A DNA stretch of 64,000 nucleotides from the human T2T-CHM13v2.0 reference genome, Homo sapiens. The stretch covers positions 21,248,001-21,312,000 of the forward strand of contig CP086569.2 in NCBI GenBank assembly GCA_009914755.4, given 5' to 3'. A program made the translations under genes and the position numbers. Of the stretch, positions 40,496 to 55,009 are shown one piece after another (the stretch's first letter is position 1; the number at the start of each line of letters is the position of its first letter). The notes below the pieces were generated by a model, which was given only the letters and a program-made list of their open reading frames with translations, did not search any database and had not been told where the DNA came from.

Positions 40496-43275
40496 TAACT
40501 AGCTTATGTGTAAAGTTATCAATGGAAGCACCGAAAGGAAGAAATATATTAAGATGCAAGAAGGCAATAAAGGCTATATTTTTTAGTCAGATTTTATTTA
40601 ATTTACAGAAATGTTTATTAAATTTTCTGTCATGATTTTTACCTCAACACATGGCTTCTAATATAATTTACCTGTTAACTCATGGATAAACTGTTACTTC
40701 AGAATTGAAGAGCCTCTTTAATTTAGCATGTGCTTAAATTGCTGGCCCCATCCTGCATATTACTGATTCAGCTGCTGTGAACTTTGGTCAAAAAATATGT
40801 CTTTTTTTTTCCAAGTTCTCAGGTGTTTTCAATGCTGCTAGCCAATGGAAACCAGTTGCAGGACCAATGGCTGGGTGCATATTTATTGATTTCATCTGCA
40901 GTAAAAATATTGACCCAGAGGGTATGCAGTCAAATACACAAGAGACCATTTTTGATTTTAAGTGGACACAGGTCTTACTCATAGTAATGTAAAAGTGGGG
41001 CCAAATATATCAGAATTATTTAATTTTGATTTTGAGGGGTTGATAAAATCTGGTTTTATGTTGAAAGCCTGAATATTGTTCTTGGCCTACGTTAGTCAGT
41101 TAAATATTCAGTTGGGGCCTATGTATTTGGTCTGGGCTGGAACTGAAATTGTGAAGTTTTATGCACTGAATATCTGGTCTGTGTGAACACATCTGGATGG
41201 GTCACTGAGAGTGCAATGGGTGAAATAATTCAATAATACAATTCTTTCTATAATTATAAATCCTTCTATTGCTGTGATGGTTACATGGGAGTGATGTGGG
41301 GATATGGTGGTGGAGACAATGAAGGTTTAGGAGCATAGAATCACACCCAGGCTTGGAAAAGATGTTACATCTCTGAACTCTGTTCTTTACTCCAGTGTAA
41401 GCCTCTTCAGGGTCCTCGTTATATAATTAGCAAAATCTCACAGAGGGGGCTGCAGATTTTGATATTACAGAAAAAAACATGCATCATAGAGTTGGCTCCA
41501 CATATCCTTAGACCTTTTCTATTCTCTCTTGTTTTACTAGCTTTGAAATTTTCCTTCAGTTGACACTCTCAGTGTTATAGTATAAAATCTATGCTGCTTA
41601 TTTATTAGGTGAAATTATATAAATGAACTACTCACATATGTAATTATATTTCTAACATTATAAATTGGTTTGAGAACTTTTAAATTTTAGGTCTTATTTG
41701 TTTCTATTTTAAATAATTTGACAATTTTTATTGATTTTTGATATACTAGAATATTTTTTAAATAAATTTTTCTCATACAATTAATTACAATACATACTCT
41801 GTATGTGATTTTGACTTTGCTTCTGTTAAAATTTTTGGAAAAAAACATTCAAATGTATCATTATTATTGTAAATATCTCTTAGGTATAATTTTACAGTTA
41901 TTATAAAAGATTTCTCAATAATTCTCATGTAAGTCTATTGCTTCATTTTGGTAAATTCATAAAGAAATTTTCATTTGTTATTTATTTTTTCTATTTTTTA
42001 GTTTCCATAGCACATCAATAATTTATTCTTTGTGTTTCAAACGTTCAATTATACTTTCTTAGTTATTTTACAATGAACAATTAAATTGCCTTCACTACAG
42101 ACACCATGTTGAGCTAGCAAATACTGGGTCTTACTTATTATTTAAATTTTTGCAGCCACTAGCCATCCACTCTTCCCTCTAACCCCACCAACTACTCTTA
42201 CCAGCATCTGACAATCATCCTTTCTTTTTCTAACTCTCTTACTTCAATTGTTTCACTTGTTAGATCTCAGAAATAAGTGAGAACATACAATATTTGTCTT
42301 TCTCTACCTCTGTTATTTCACATAACATAATGATTTCCAGTTCTATCCATGTTGTTACAAATGACAGGATCATATTTTATTTTATGGCTTAATAGTACTC
42401 CACTGTATATATGCAACAGATTTTATTGATCAGTTCCTCAGTTAGTAGACATAGGTTTCTTCCAAATCTCAGTTATTGTTAATAGTGCTGCAATAAACAT
42501 GAAAGTTCAGATATCACTTCAATATAATGACTTTATTTCTTTTGATTATATACCCAGCAGTGGGATTGTTGGCCATACAGTAGCTCTATTTTTAGTTTTT
42601 GAGAAAGTTTCAAACTGTTCCCCATAGAGGTTATACTGATTCACATTCTTACAGTGTTGGAGGGTTCCTTTTCTCCAAATCCTCAAGAGCATTTGTTATT
42701 GCCTGTGTTTTGGATAAAAGTCATTTTAAGTGGAGAGAGATAATAAGTAATTGTCATTTTGATTAACAGTTCTCTGATAATGATGTTGATGACCATTTCC
42801 CATGCCAGTTTTCCATTTGTACACCTTATGAGAAATTAGTATTCAAGTCTTTTGTCCATTTTATATGAGATTATTATATTTTTTCTATGAAGTTCTTTGA
42901 AATTCTTATATATTATGGCTATCAGTCCCTTGCCAGATGACTGGTTTTGAAATTGTTTTTCTAATTCTGTGGGGTTTTTTCCACTTTGTTGATTTTTTTA
43001 TTTGCTTTGCAGAGCCTTTTAAACTTGATGTGATTTTGTTTGTTAATTTTTGCTTTGTTTTACTTTTCCTGTGTTGTATTGCTCGAGCAATTTTTGCTGA
43101 GTTCAATGACTGGGAGAGTTTTCCATATGTTTTCTTGTTTCACAGTTTCATAGTTTCAGGATTCAGATTTAAGTCTTTAGTACAGTCTGATTCGATTTTT
43201 ATATATAGTGAGAGATAGGGGTCTGCTTTCATTCTTCTGCCTGTAGATATTCAGTTTTCATAGCACCACTTCTTG

Positions 43276-43299
43276 AAAAAAAAAAAAAAAAAAAAAAAA
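43276..43299. repeat. A(24) homopolymer inside the old L1
   Basis: gaaaaaaaaaaaaaaaaaaaaaaaag. Confidence 0.8.
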
Positions 43300-44600
43300 G
43301 CTCTTTTCCCAACGTATGTTCTCAGCACTTTTGTCCAAAATGATTTTTCTGTGAATGAATTGAGTTATTTCTGAGTCCTTTAATCTGTTCAAATGGTCTA
43401 TGTGCCTGTTTATTTGCCTGTCAACCATGTCATTTTGGTTACTATAGCTCTATAACATAATTTGAAGTGATAATATGGTTTCTATAGATTTGTTCTTCTT
43501 GCTTAAGATAGCTTTGGCTATTCTAGGTTATTTGAGGATTTATACAAAATTTAGATTTTTTTATTTCTGTAAAAATATCTGATATTATGATAGGAATTAC
43601 ATTATCTCTGTAGATTCATTTAGGTAGTACACATTTTAAAAATATTCATTCTATCATTTCATAAACAAGGCATACCTTTCCATTTTTAGGTGTCTTCAAT
43701 TTTTTACATAAGTGTTTTATAGTTTTTTCTATAGCGACTTTACACTTTATTAGCTAAGGTAAATTTTATGTATGTAATTTTATTTGTAGTATTGTAAGTA
43801 ATATTGATTTCTTATTTTTTCTCAGCTTGTTCACTGTTAGCAGATATAAATATTACTAATATTTATATGTTTATTTTTTATTCTACAACTTTGCTAATCT
43901 TATCATTATTGATCTTATAGCTGTTTGGTGGATTCTTTAAGATATTTTTCAAATGTAAGATTATATCATCAGCAAACAATAATAATTTGACTTATTTTTT
44001 TGTTTGTTTTTCTTCTGATTGCTCTAGGTAGAATTTTCAGTACTACCTTGAATAACAGTGGTGATGCTGGACATCCACTAAAATGTAAAATATTTTATAG
44101 GAACTACTTTCCTTTTTTTCCATTTAGTACGATGCTAGAGTAAGGTCTCTCATATATGGCTTTTATTATGTTGAGGTATGTTCTTTTTTGGGGGGTGAGA
44201 AGGTTTGTTATGAAGCAATTTCAAAGAAAGTGTGCTTTTTCAGCATGAATTAAAATGATCATATGGTTTTATTATTTATTCTGTTGATATGATATATTCC
44301 ATTGATTGATTTAGATATGTTGAACTCTTCTTGTATCTCTGGAATAAATGTCACTTGGTGATGATAAACAGTCTTCCTAATGTATGGTTGAATTCATTTT
44401 GCTAATATTTTCTTCCAGATTTTTTGTATTAATATTTATCAAAGATATTGGCCTGTAGTTGTTCTTTCAGGTATTTCTTTGCTTTTGGTATCAGAGTAAT
44501 ACTGGTCTTGTAGAATGAATTTGAAAGTGTTCCTTCTCCCTGTATTCTTCAAAATTTTTTGAGGAGGGCTGCTATTAGTTTCTCTTTAAATATTTAGTAC

Positions 44601-44898
44601 GGGCTGGGGATGGTGGCTCAGGTCTATAATCCAAGCAATTTTGGAGGCTAAGCAAAGTAGATCACTTATGGTGAGGAATTTGAGTGCAGCCCAGATAATG
44701 AAACCCTGTCTCTACTAAAAATAAAAAATTAGTTAGGTTTGGTTCTACCGGCCTGTAATCCTAGCTAGCAGGGAGGCTGAGGCACAAGAATTGTTAAATC
44801 CAGGAAACAGAGGCTTCAGTGAGCCACGATTGTGGCACTTTCCTCCTGCCTTGGTGACAGAGAAAGTCTTTATATTAATATTAATAATAATAATAATT
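44601..44898 (+). mobile_element. Alu (+, older/diverged) inserted in the old L1
   Basis: gggctggggatggtggctcaggtctataatccaagcaattttggaggctaagcaaagtagatcacttatggtgaggaatttgagtgcagcccagataatgaaaccctgtctctactaaaaataaaaaattagttagg ... cctgtaatcctagctagcagggaggctgaggcacaagaattgttaaatccaggaaacagaggcttcagtgagccacgattgtggcact... A/T-rich tail. Confidence 0.85.
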
Positions 44899-45392
44899 TG
44901 TGGAATCAGCAGTGAAGCCATCTGATCTCAGATATTTTTAGCTGAAAGTCTTTTTATTACAGCTTTGGCATATTTACTTGTTCTTGATTTTTTCAGGTTT
45001 GAATTTTTCATGGTTGAATATTGGCATGTTGTATGGTTCTAGAATTTTTTTTTAAGAATTCCCAATGTATTGGCATATAGTGACCTTAGTGGTCATTATC
45101 TTTTGAATTTCCGGCCCATCAGTTCTAATGTTTTCTTTTCATCTCTAATTTTTTAATTTGTGTTCTCTCTTTTAGTTTATCTTGAAAACTAAAAGGTTTA
45201 TCAATTGTATTTAGTTTTTCAATAAACCAACCTTTATTTCATTGATTTTTTCTTTTGTTTTCATAATAATTTCATTTATTTTTGTTTTCATCTTTATTAT
45301 TTATTTTCTCCTTTTAATTGTGGATTTGATTTGTTTTTGCCTTTCTAGTTCTTTAATATGTATCAATAAGTGTTTTTATATAAAAGTTAATC

Positions 45393-45607
45393 TTTTTTTT
45401 TTTTTTTTTTTGAGATGGAGTCTTGCTCTGTCACCAGGCTGGAGTTGCAGTGGCATGATCTTGGCTCACGGCAACCTCTGCCTCCCAAGTTCCAGCAATT
45501 CTCCTTCCTCAGCCCACCGAGTATCTGGGGCTATAGTGCAAGCCACCACGCCCAGCTAATTTTTGTATTTTTAGTAGAGATTGGGTTTCATCATATTGGC
45601 CAGGATT
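45393..45607 (-). mobile_element. Alu (minus orientation, 5'-truncated: about 215 bp) inserted in the old L1
   Basis: tttttttttttttttttt gagatggagtcttgctctgtcaccaggctggagttgcagtggcatgatcttggctcacggcaacctctgcctcccaagttccagcaattctccttcctcagcccaccgagtatctggggctatagtgcaagccaccacgcccagctaatttttgtatttttagtagagattgggtttcatcatattggccaggat. Confidence 0.85.
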
Positions 45608-48600
45608 CTTTTTTTATGTAGGCACTTGTAACTATATACATCATTCATAACTGCTTTTACTGTATTCCATAAATTTTGGGATAAATTTGGAATGTGGTGT
45701 TTCCATTATTTGTTTCAGAATTTTTTTAAATTTTCTTTTGAAGGTCTTTTTTAATTCACTTGTCATTCAGGAACATATTCTATTTATCTTTATGTTGATC
45801 CTTAGTTTTATTTTATTGCGGTCAGAGAAGACCCTTGATACTGTTTCAATTTTTTGAATGTTTTCATACATTTTTTACCTACTATACATCTTTGAGAAAC
45901 AACCATGTTTTAAGGAAAAAAAATGTGTATTTTGCAGCCATTTGATGAATGTTTTATAAATATCTATTAAGTTTGTTTGATCTATAGTGCAGATTTCATC
46001 TAATATTTCTGTGTTGATTTTCTGTTTGACAAATCTGTCCAGTGCTGAAAGTATAGTGTTGAAGTCTTCAGCTATTACTGTATTGAGCCTATATTTCTTA
46101 TTAGCCTTAATAATATGTGCTTTCAGTGTGGGTGTTTACACACCTAAAATTATTATATCCTCCTGCTGAATTGACCTGTTTGTCATGATTCAGTGACCTT
46201 CTTCTTACAGTTTTTGTCTTGTAATGTGTCTAGCGTGATATAAGCATAAATACTTCTGCTTTTTTTTTTGGTTTCCATTGACAGAATATTTTTTCTATTT
46301 TTTAAATTTTCAGTCTATTTGAGCCTTATAAATAATGTATGTCTTTTTCAGGCAACAGATTATCGGGCCTTGTTTTCTTATGTATTCAACCACTGTATAT
46401 TTTTTGTGTGGAGAATTTATTCTATTTCTATTCAATGTTATTATTGATAATCAGAAACAGTTTACATTTTTCTATTTGCTATTTTATCAAATTTAGTTTT
46501 CCCTTCTCTTTTTAATAAAGGTAATATTTTCAGTTATATAATTTAATTGCTTTTTATTTTCTGTGTATCTGTTGTATGTTTTCTGATTTGACCTTGCCAT
46601 AAGATAGGAAGATACTACTTTACAACCAATTATTTTAAGCTGATAACAACCTTGTTTCAGCAGCAAACAAACAAATGAACAAGCAAGAATAAAACTAGTA
46701 AACATTTACAGCTTAACTTTGCACCCCTCATTTTTAACTTTTTTTTTGTTTCTATCTTTATCTTATGTTCTGAAAAATTGTAATAGTTGTCTGTCTGTGG
46801 ACGTAGAAGTCTATGGTGTTTACTTTCAGTTTTGTTGTCTAAGTTTGTCTTGTTTTTCTTGGCAAACATTTCACATACTTAAAATGTCTTGAGTGTTGTA
46901 ATCTAAGATGTATCTGCATCAGGGGACACTCAAAATCCAGTCATGTTTTGGTTCTAGCAGACTTATATTGGTACTATCTTAATAATTTGGGTCAAGGTCT
47001 AGAATTCTCTGAATTTTACTGCAGAAATTTTTGTCCTGTTTCTTACTTTTTCTTAAGAAACTCTCTGTTTTGAGCCACCTGGAGTGGAGTGACCCAAGAA
47101 CCCCTGCTGCCACCACAATGAGGAATGTGCTGGGTTAGAATTGAAGCCAGGACAGCACTGTGTTCAGCCCAGGGCCTACTGTAACCAAACCCTGACTACT
47201 GCCTTTGTTTGCTCTACATGCTGGGGCTCTATGATAATCAGGTGGAAAAGTCAGTTAAGCCTATGTTCTTCCATATGGGTGGCAAAATTCTCTGGGTCCA
47301 TGGTTGGTCCAGAGTTGTCATCTGGGAGCCAAGGACTAGAGTCAAATATTTTACATGTTGACCTCGGTCTTCTATTGCACTGTGCCTCAGCTGGCAAAGA
47401 AATTACAAGACACAGTCTTCCTACACTTTTCTCTCCTTTTCAAAGGCAGAGGAACCGCATTTCCTGGCCATTGTGAACTCAAGTCCAAAGGACATAGTGC
47501 CAATCAGCTGCTGATATTGCTTTAGGACCCAACAGTTATTTAGTCAGCTTGTGTTAAATTTTGCCTTTCTGGGGTCACTCTTCAGGGCAGTGGTTTCCCC
47601 ACTGTCCCAGTGCAGGTCCAGGTGTGTCATTTAAGATCCAAGGCCTTTAATTGGGCTCCCCAGTGGCCAACTTTGTGTTTTATTTTGCTGTGGAAGAGCT
47701 AACACCTATGGTGCAAGCTTACTCCCCTTTATCTTTCTCCATGTTTTTCTCCAGCAGAAAACGTCTTCTTCTATAGCCACCACAACTGGAAGTGAGTTGT
47801 TTCTCACCTGAAGCCAACAAATCTCAGATTCTTACCCAAAGTTTATGACATACTACCTTGTTACTGTTGTTTATTCAGGGTCCAAGCATTCTTCAGTTAG
47901 AAGACAATAAATGCTGTCAGGATTGTGTTTATTATTCTTCAAGGTAGCAGCTTCCCTTTTAGTCCAAAGTATTTCTAGACATATCATCTTGTAACTCAGT
48001 CCTGTATAGATGGCCTCACAAATCTGACTGCTGGCCTATTCTGTTGTGGCTAAGCTGGTATTCAAGATACAAAACGAAGTCTTCCTCCACTCTTCCCATT
48101 CTTTTATTCTAGTGGAAGAAAAGGATCTCTTTTGAGCTGTAAGCTTTGCAGGCTCAAGGTAGAGTAAGAGTGGAACGAGCACTCCCTTACCTGCCCCAGT
48201 TGATTTCTTAGTAGGTAATGTGCCATACCAGTTTACCGGCTTTGAGCCCAGTGAAGTTTTAGGTCTTGCATGAGTTGCAGGCATTGTGGCCTAGAGTGTC
48301 TTTCAAGTTTGTGTGTGATCCCTTAGCACTCCAGCCTAAAGTGGTGAGACTTGTAGAAACTCGAATTCCATCCACTGAGATGAACAATTTTTCTCTGGCT
48401 AGGACTTTTTAAAATACTTTCACAGTTTATGGGTATTACCTGAATTTTGTCTGATTTTGCTTTCTGCTGTAATGAGGTATGAATAGGTTCAAAGCAAAGT
48501 CTCACAATTGATCTATTCTCCACAGAATCTCCCTCCATGTCACAGCTGATGGATGAGTAACAAGTAACATTTGCAATTCACAAGTGGATCTTCTGCCTTT

Positions 48601-49488
48601 TCAGTGCCTCTTTCACTAACATGGAGACAAAAATAGAAACTATGAGTGCTCACTTAATTTTGTTTTTTATGAAGATGCTTTTTCTGTAGATAGTTGTTAA
48701 ATTGATATGCCTATTATGGTATTATAAGTGCAAACTTCTATTTGAACATCTTGATCTGTCCTTATTCTAAATCAACTTTCTTAAATGATTGTACGTTATT
48801 CTAAAATGTCTTTGCATTGTACATTATAAACGTTTGGACACATTTGGCATTCTGGTTGTACTGGCTCTGGATTTATGATTATAATAGTATTTTACTCTGT
48901 TAAACTCACTAAGCAAATATTGTATAAATAGAACATATAAAAAGTAAGCCCTTGATCTTTGCCATCTCAAGCATATATATTTAGCTGAAACATTACTGTT
49001 CTTTCACTGGAAAATTTACCTGCTTGAAAATATTCAAAATCAAATAACTAAAATCCAGAAATACAAATGCAGAGTCTAGCACCAAGAATATTCAAAAGAG
49101 TTTAAATCTCAAGAAACATAATGTTCTGGTATCATCCAAAATGTAAGCACCTCAAATAACCCAATTTTGGAAGATTACAAGATAATTTATGACTTGTTTC
49201 CATAGAGGTTCTCCTGAACAGAAACACTACTCTTGTCAAATAGATATCTCCAAGTAAAATTTCAAATTACATTTTTTTTATAGTTTAAAATATCCCACTT
49301 TAAGTCAAATAAATATCTGGAAAATTGTGTAATTTGATAATAAGCTGTCTTTCAGTTGAACTGGCTTCTTATTATTTTTGAGATAAAAGAATGAAGCAGG
49401 TGAACTCTCCTCCTCAATACAGGAATGATTGCACATTTAATGCCTCAGCATTTAATTAATTAATGTGTTAACTTATTAATTAATTAAT

Positions 49489-49766
49489 TTTGAGATGGAG
49501 TCTCACTCTGTTGCACAGGCTGGCGTACAGTGGCATGATCTCAGCTCACTGCAACCTCCACCTGGGTTCAAGTAGTTCTCCTGCCTCAGGCTCCCCAGTA
49601 GCTAGGATTCCAAGCGCAGGTGCCCAGCTAATATTTTTGTATTTTTGGTGGAGATGGGGTTTCATCATGTTGGCCAGGCTTTTCTCTTAACTCCTGACCT
49701 TGTGATCTGCCTGCCTTGGCCTCCCAAAGTGCTGGGATTACAGGTGTGAGCCACCACGCCCGGCCC
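49489..49766 (-). mobile_element. Alu (minus orientation, full length)
   Basis: tttgagatggagtctcactctgttgcacaggctggcgtacagtggcatgatctcagctcactgcaacctccacctgggttcaagtagttctcctgcctcaggctccccagtagctaggattccaagcgcaggtgcccagctaatatttttgtatttttggtggagatggggtttcatcatgttggccaggc ... cttggcctcccaaagtgctgggattacaggtgtgagccaccacgcccggcc. Confidence 0.9.
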
Positions 49767-51729
49767 TCACCATTTATTTTAATCAAGATGCTAGAATAAT
49801 GAAAACAGTTTTAACTTCAGTCAAAAGAAGTTTATCTTAAGTCACAAAGTTCACTAAAAGTTTCATTGCTTTATGCAGGATAATTCTCAGTAAATAGTGC
49901 TAATCAAGTCTAGCTTTCTAAAGCAGATGTTGGAAAACTTACAGTAAAAGAGCAGACAGTAAATAACAAAGACTGTACCATTTGGTGTCTGTTGTTTTTA
50001 TTCACCTCAGGCCTTGAAGTGAAAGTGGCTGAAGCTGCAGGTAACAGAAAAGGGGTGGCCAGTAAAGCCCTAGTCAGCAAGCCTTGTGCCTCTTCTCATT
50101 CCACACAGAAAAAGAGCCACACAGGGGGAGAGCATGGCAGGCAGTCCTGGCTCATTGCCCTTGCTAAATAGCTTCCTGCAGATGAGGCCCAGTCCCAGCA
50201 CTAATTTAAAATGGGTCTGCTTTTTCTACTGAGTAATACTGCCCCAGTAAAGGGTGCATCTGTGGACCCACCCCTATACACATCTGAGGTTCTGCTGCAG
50301 CCCCTGATAAGGACACTTGACAGGCTTTAGATGAGTTCAGGCAGAAGAACATGAATGTCTGAGGGATTTTAGCATATTTTCTAGTCACTGATTGTATCTT
50401 ATTCCTGAAGGGACAAGGGTCAGCTGAGCTTCTTGGGCAGGGGCCTTTGATGTGCTGTCCTGGCAGGGCTTTTCTTGCCTGTCAGATGCATGGGGTTTTA
50501 AGATGTTTAAAATAGCACAAATTCTTAAACCTCCAAACTTAGAAGCAGAACCTCCTCTTCTCTATGTTACCATTCTGCCCAAGTACTTATTTATTCATGT
50601 TTAAGATTTTAAATTTAGAAAACACTTTGACCACTTTTTAATTAAAACTTCCACGAATTTATTAAATTCTTATGTTGTCAGGTAGTACTTTTGAGGCATT
50701 CCTAAAAATATATTATAGTTTCAACTTTTTTTGTGACTGTCTGCATAATTCATTTGTGATTAAAAAAACCAGTATTGTAAATCTGCCAGGTATGGCTTTT
50801 AGAAGACTTTGACCTATTAGTAGCATTTTCTGACTCTCAAAATTTATTGTAGAAAAAGGGATCATGTAAGTCTATCTTGGAGTCAGATTAATAACTTTGT
50901 GTCATGAAGAATTTAGTATCAAAATTTACAAAAATTATGCAAACAAGTTGATATGTCCTATGTCTTGTTAATCTGGGTTGCTACAATGAATTTCATAGAC
51001 TGGGGAGTTTATAAACAACAGGAATTCATTTTGTGCGTTTATAGACCTGGTCCAAGATCATGGTTAGCATATTCTTTGTCTGGAAAGGGATAGCTTTCTG
51101 CTTAATAGATGGTTATCTTTTTCATAGTGTCCTTACATGACACTATGAATAAGAAAGCCCCCTGAGTTCTTTTTTATACAGGCATTAATCCAATTTATAA
51201 GGTCTCTTTCCTCATAACCTAGTTACTTCCCAAGCTTCGACTACAAGTACCATGATATAGCAAATTAGATTTTATCATATACATTTGATGGGAACAAAAA
51301 TATTTGGCTTATAGCATCAGGTAACCCTGAGCCATATGCACTTAGAAGAGTTGTATACTACTCTGTAAATATTTTCTGGTATCCTCTGGTTTAGAAAAAA
51401 ATGGTGATTTCTGATTTAGCTATATCTAAGTTCTAAATTCTACAGTCTCCTGCACAATTTGTTTAAGGGACAGAAGAAATGTTGTAGGCAAATTGCCATT
51501 CAGTTTTAAGACAGTTCTTAAGAAGGTATGTTATCTTAATAAGAATAGGAGGCAGGAAAATGACAAAGTGCAGAAATAGATAAATCATAATGAGAAATGG
51601 TAAAAGGAACTCAGAGACATGGAAGTAAACTAGAAGACAAAAGAGTAGCAGGTTTACTAAAAACATAAGACTCTCCTGTTGCTAAAATTAGCCACTTATT
51701 TACATTTGGCTAGATACAAATCTAATAAG

Positions 51730-51890
51730 ACAATTTTTTAGAGACAATGCCTTGCTTTGTCACCCAGACTGGAGGGCATCATTTGGGGCACACTATAGCC
51801 CCAAATTCCAGAGCTCAAGCAATTTACCCATTCTTGTCTTTTAAATAGCTGGAACTACAAACGTGTGCCATCATGCCCATCTAATTTTCT
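51730..51890 (-). mobile_element. Alu-like monomer fragment (FLAM/FRAM-like?), diverged
   Basis: gagacaatgccttgctttgtcacccagactggagggcatcatttggggcacactatagccccaaattccagagctcaagcaatttacccattcttgtcttttaaatagctggaactacaaacgtgtgccatcatgcccatctaattttc. Confidence 0.4.
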
Positions 51891-52147
51891 TTTTTTTACT
51901 TAAAATCAACTGATTATAGATGTTAAACCTGTCTACAGAATACCTTCATAGCAACACCAATGTTAATGTTTGATTAAATAACTGGGTACTATGGCTTAAT
52001 CACATTGACACTTAAAACTGACCATCACACCATAGTCAGCAATTACAAGGAGCAAACTATTGATATACATAACAAACTGGATGACTCTCCAGTGAATTTT
52101 GCTAAGCAAGAAAGCCATTTCTAAAAGGTTACATGTAAGTCATTTTA

Positions 52148-52645
52148 CTATAAAGACACATGCACACATATTTTATTGCAGTACTATTTAGAGTAGCAAA
52201 GACTTAGAACCAACCCAAATGTTCATCAGTGATAGACTGGGTAAAGAAACTGTGGCATATACGCACCATGCAATACTACGCAGCCATAAAACAGAATGAG
52301 TTCACGTCCTTTTCAGGGACATGGATGAGGCTGGAAACCATCTTTCTTAGCAAACTAACACAGGAACAGAAAACCAAACACTGAATGTTCTCACTCATAA
52401 GTGGGAGTCGAACAATGAGAAAACACAGACACAGGGAGTAGAACATCACACACCACGGCCTGTCAAGGGCTGAGAGGAAAGAGGAGGGAGAGCATTAGGA
52501 AAAATACCTAATGCATGTTGGGCTTAAAACCTAGATGACAGGTTGATAGGTATAGCAAACCACTGTGGCACATGTATACCTACGTAAAAAATCTACATGT
52601 TCTGTACATGTGCCTATCTAATTTTTATATTTCTTTTAAAAAAGA
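52148..52645 (+). mobile_element. LINE-1 (L1PA/L1PB-type) 3' end fragment (last ~500 bp: ORF2 C-terminus and 3'UTR), 5'-truncated
   Basis: ctataaagacacatgcacacatattttattgcagtactatttagagtagcaaagacttagaaccaacccaaatgttcatcagtgatagactgggtaaagaaactgtggcatatacgcaccatgcaatactacgcagccataaaacagaatgagttcacgtccttttcagggacatggatgaggctggaaaccatc... catgtatacctacgtaaaaaatctacatgttctgtacatgtgcctatctaatttttatat. Confidence 0.85.
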
Positions 52646-52733
52646 TCTCCCTAGGTTGCCCAATCTTTCACATAATCTTTCACATAATCTTTCACATAAT
52701 CTCCCTAGGTTGCCTAATCTTTCACATAAAGTG
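52645..52733. repeat. Short tandem repeat: 12-mer aatctttcacat x4, nested in a duplicated ctccctaggttgcc(c/t)aatctttcacataa unit
   Basis: gatctccctaggttgcccaatctttcacataatctttcacataatctttcacataatctccctaggttgcctaatctttcacataaagtg. Confidence 0.7.
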
Positions 52734-52993
52734 ATCCTCCTGCCTCAGTAAACCAAATGGGTAAATTACAGACTCTAGCCACTTCACTCAGACTAATTAA
52801 ACAATTTTTAATTCAGAATATTATTTTAAAGTTTCTGTTCTGTGTATCATCCAAAACATTCTGCTCATTGGACAGGATAAATATTTTTTAAGGGAATCTC
52901 TCCAATGAGCATTGTTCAAATCAAATGTTCCCAGAGTGGTCACAAAAGAATCAATTCTTGATGGAGTGAGGTTGTTCAGAAAGACAGTGACAA

Positions 52994-53291
<298 letters not shown>

Positions 53292-55009
53292 TATATAGTG
53301 ACAAGAATGAGAATTGCAATTTAAAAGTACAAATAGGAAATCAATAGCTTTTTCTGAAAGTAGAGAAAATATGGCTGTAGACAACTTCAAAGGAGATAGT
53401 ACCATTTAGTAAAAACAAATGCTATACATTTTGTGTCTTGAGCTCTCATCCAAGTAGTGGGTCACCTCTGAATAAAGACACAAAAATATCTGCCTCCAGG
53501 AGGTGTAAAGAAAAAAAGGCACTCTCTTGATCACAAAACAAATGCACAGAATTAGGGAAGAAGAAAGAAGAACTTATTCCAATTGTGCATTTTTCCCTCA
53601 GAAAATTGTGTCTAAATTGATGCCTGAGCAGTGAGAAATGTAGATTCACTAGTGTGTGAAGCTGGCTCAGAAAATAGCCAAATAGGACATATTACTATGC
53701 TTATATGTTTATTCTCTGATTCTTCTCCCTATGATAAAATTTTTGATGGCATAACTCTAAACAATTATATAAATATTCAAAAGTACCTGAGATACTCAAT
53801 GTAAAGACAAGATAGCTCAGATCTAAATGTGACTTATGACATTAGTACTTATCTGACAATCATGAGCAGAGGGTGGCTCAGTGAGTGCTGGTCAAATAAT
53901 GGAGTCTAAGGTGAAAGTAAACGCAGAGGTTACTTCAGTAATACCTCCAAAATAACAGTGGCACATAATGGAGACAAGACCACCCAAATAAAATTATGAA
54001 AAGGCAATATATTTCAGCTTTGTTCCAACAAGGAAATTAGCCACCTTCACTTTTGTTCAGTGAAAACTCAAAGGCAAGCACAGGGTTTAAAAGCCACTGT
54101 TTCTGCAATGTCAGCTGTCACAGTAGAGAAGGCGATTGAGGCATATTGATGGACACCTTGTGAAGATTATGGAATTGCCACATGGACTTTCCAATAGGCC
54201 AAGCTGAAGAAATGGGAGCAACAAAATAAATAAGAATAACATTAATTTATAACCAAGATAATAAAATAAATATTTATGAGGCCATACTGATATAAATTGA
54301 ATAAGAAAGAGGAAAACAAGAAGTGTTGTAGTCTCAACAGTGGACCAAGATGTAACAGTCTCTGGTTTTATGAAATTTTTTTTGACTCTAAACAACAAAA
54401 TGAGAATCAGCAATGTTCCAAGCAAAAGTAAAAAATACTGCTTTAGTTTTCTATTAGTTTACTTTCTTTTATTAACTATTGCTCTGCTTTACAATTATAA
54501 ACATTTTAGCTTTTCATGAGCTCTGTGTGATTTTCAGTTATCAAAAACATGCATTTCAGAACACCTTTTAAAATTTCAAAGTTGATTATAAACCATATTT
54601 TAAAGACAATTAAAACCAGACAACAATTGTCTTTAAATGACAAAATCTCCAGAGTGAATACAATCAGGAACACAATGAGCAAAGAAATTCAGTTGTTTTG
54701 GGGGTTTACAATAACCCAACAAAATAACCTGAACTGTGATTGATAGTACATATTCAGACATTAGAGCCTTAGATGTTCCATATGGTTTTAAAAAGTACAT
54801 TAATATAATTCACTAAACTATAGCATGAAGAAGATTAGACATCACTTCGGCAATCTCATAAACCTAAACATGTCAAATAATCCTGTTTACCCCTTTTCTG
54901 GATACTTCAGGGCCTCTATATAGTTCCGAAAAGCTGGGCAACAGGGAGGACAACATTGAAATTGAAATTTGATTTTGGAAGTCTGCCATACACCAGCTAA
55001 AATTGCTTA

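Larger units (their letters stand above)
41700..48900 (-). mobile_element. Old LINE-1 (L1PB/L1MA-like), possibly near full-length, minus orientation, carrying two Alu insertions and a 24-nt A-run. The 5' boundary is uncertain.
   Basis: 3' region rc: ccctctaaccccaccaactactcttaccagcatctgacaatcatcc ... tgagaacatacaatatttgtctttctctacctctgttatttcacataacataatgatttccagttctatccatgttgttacaaatgacaggatcatattttattttatggcttaatagtactccactgtatatatgc ... gttaatagtgctgcaataaacatg. ORF2 rc motifs: ggccatacagtagctctatttttagtttttgagaaagtttcaaactgttcc..., gttgatgaccatttcccatgccagttttccatttgtacacc..., tggctatcagtcccttgccagatg. This continues through 46-48 kb (e.g. ttgaagtcttcagctattactgtattgagcctatatttc, ggtgtttacacacctaaaattattatatcctcctgctgaattgacc). 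Confidence 0.55.
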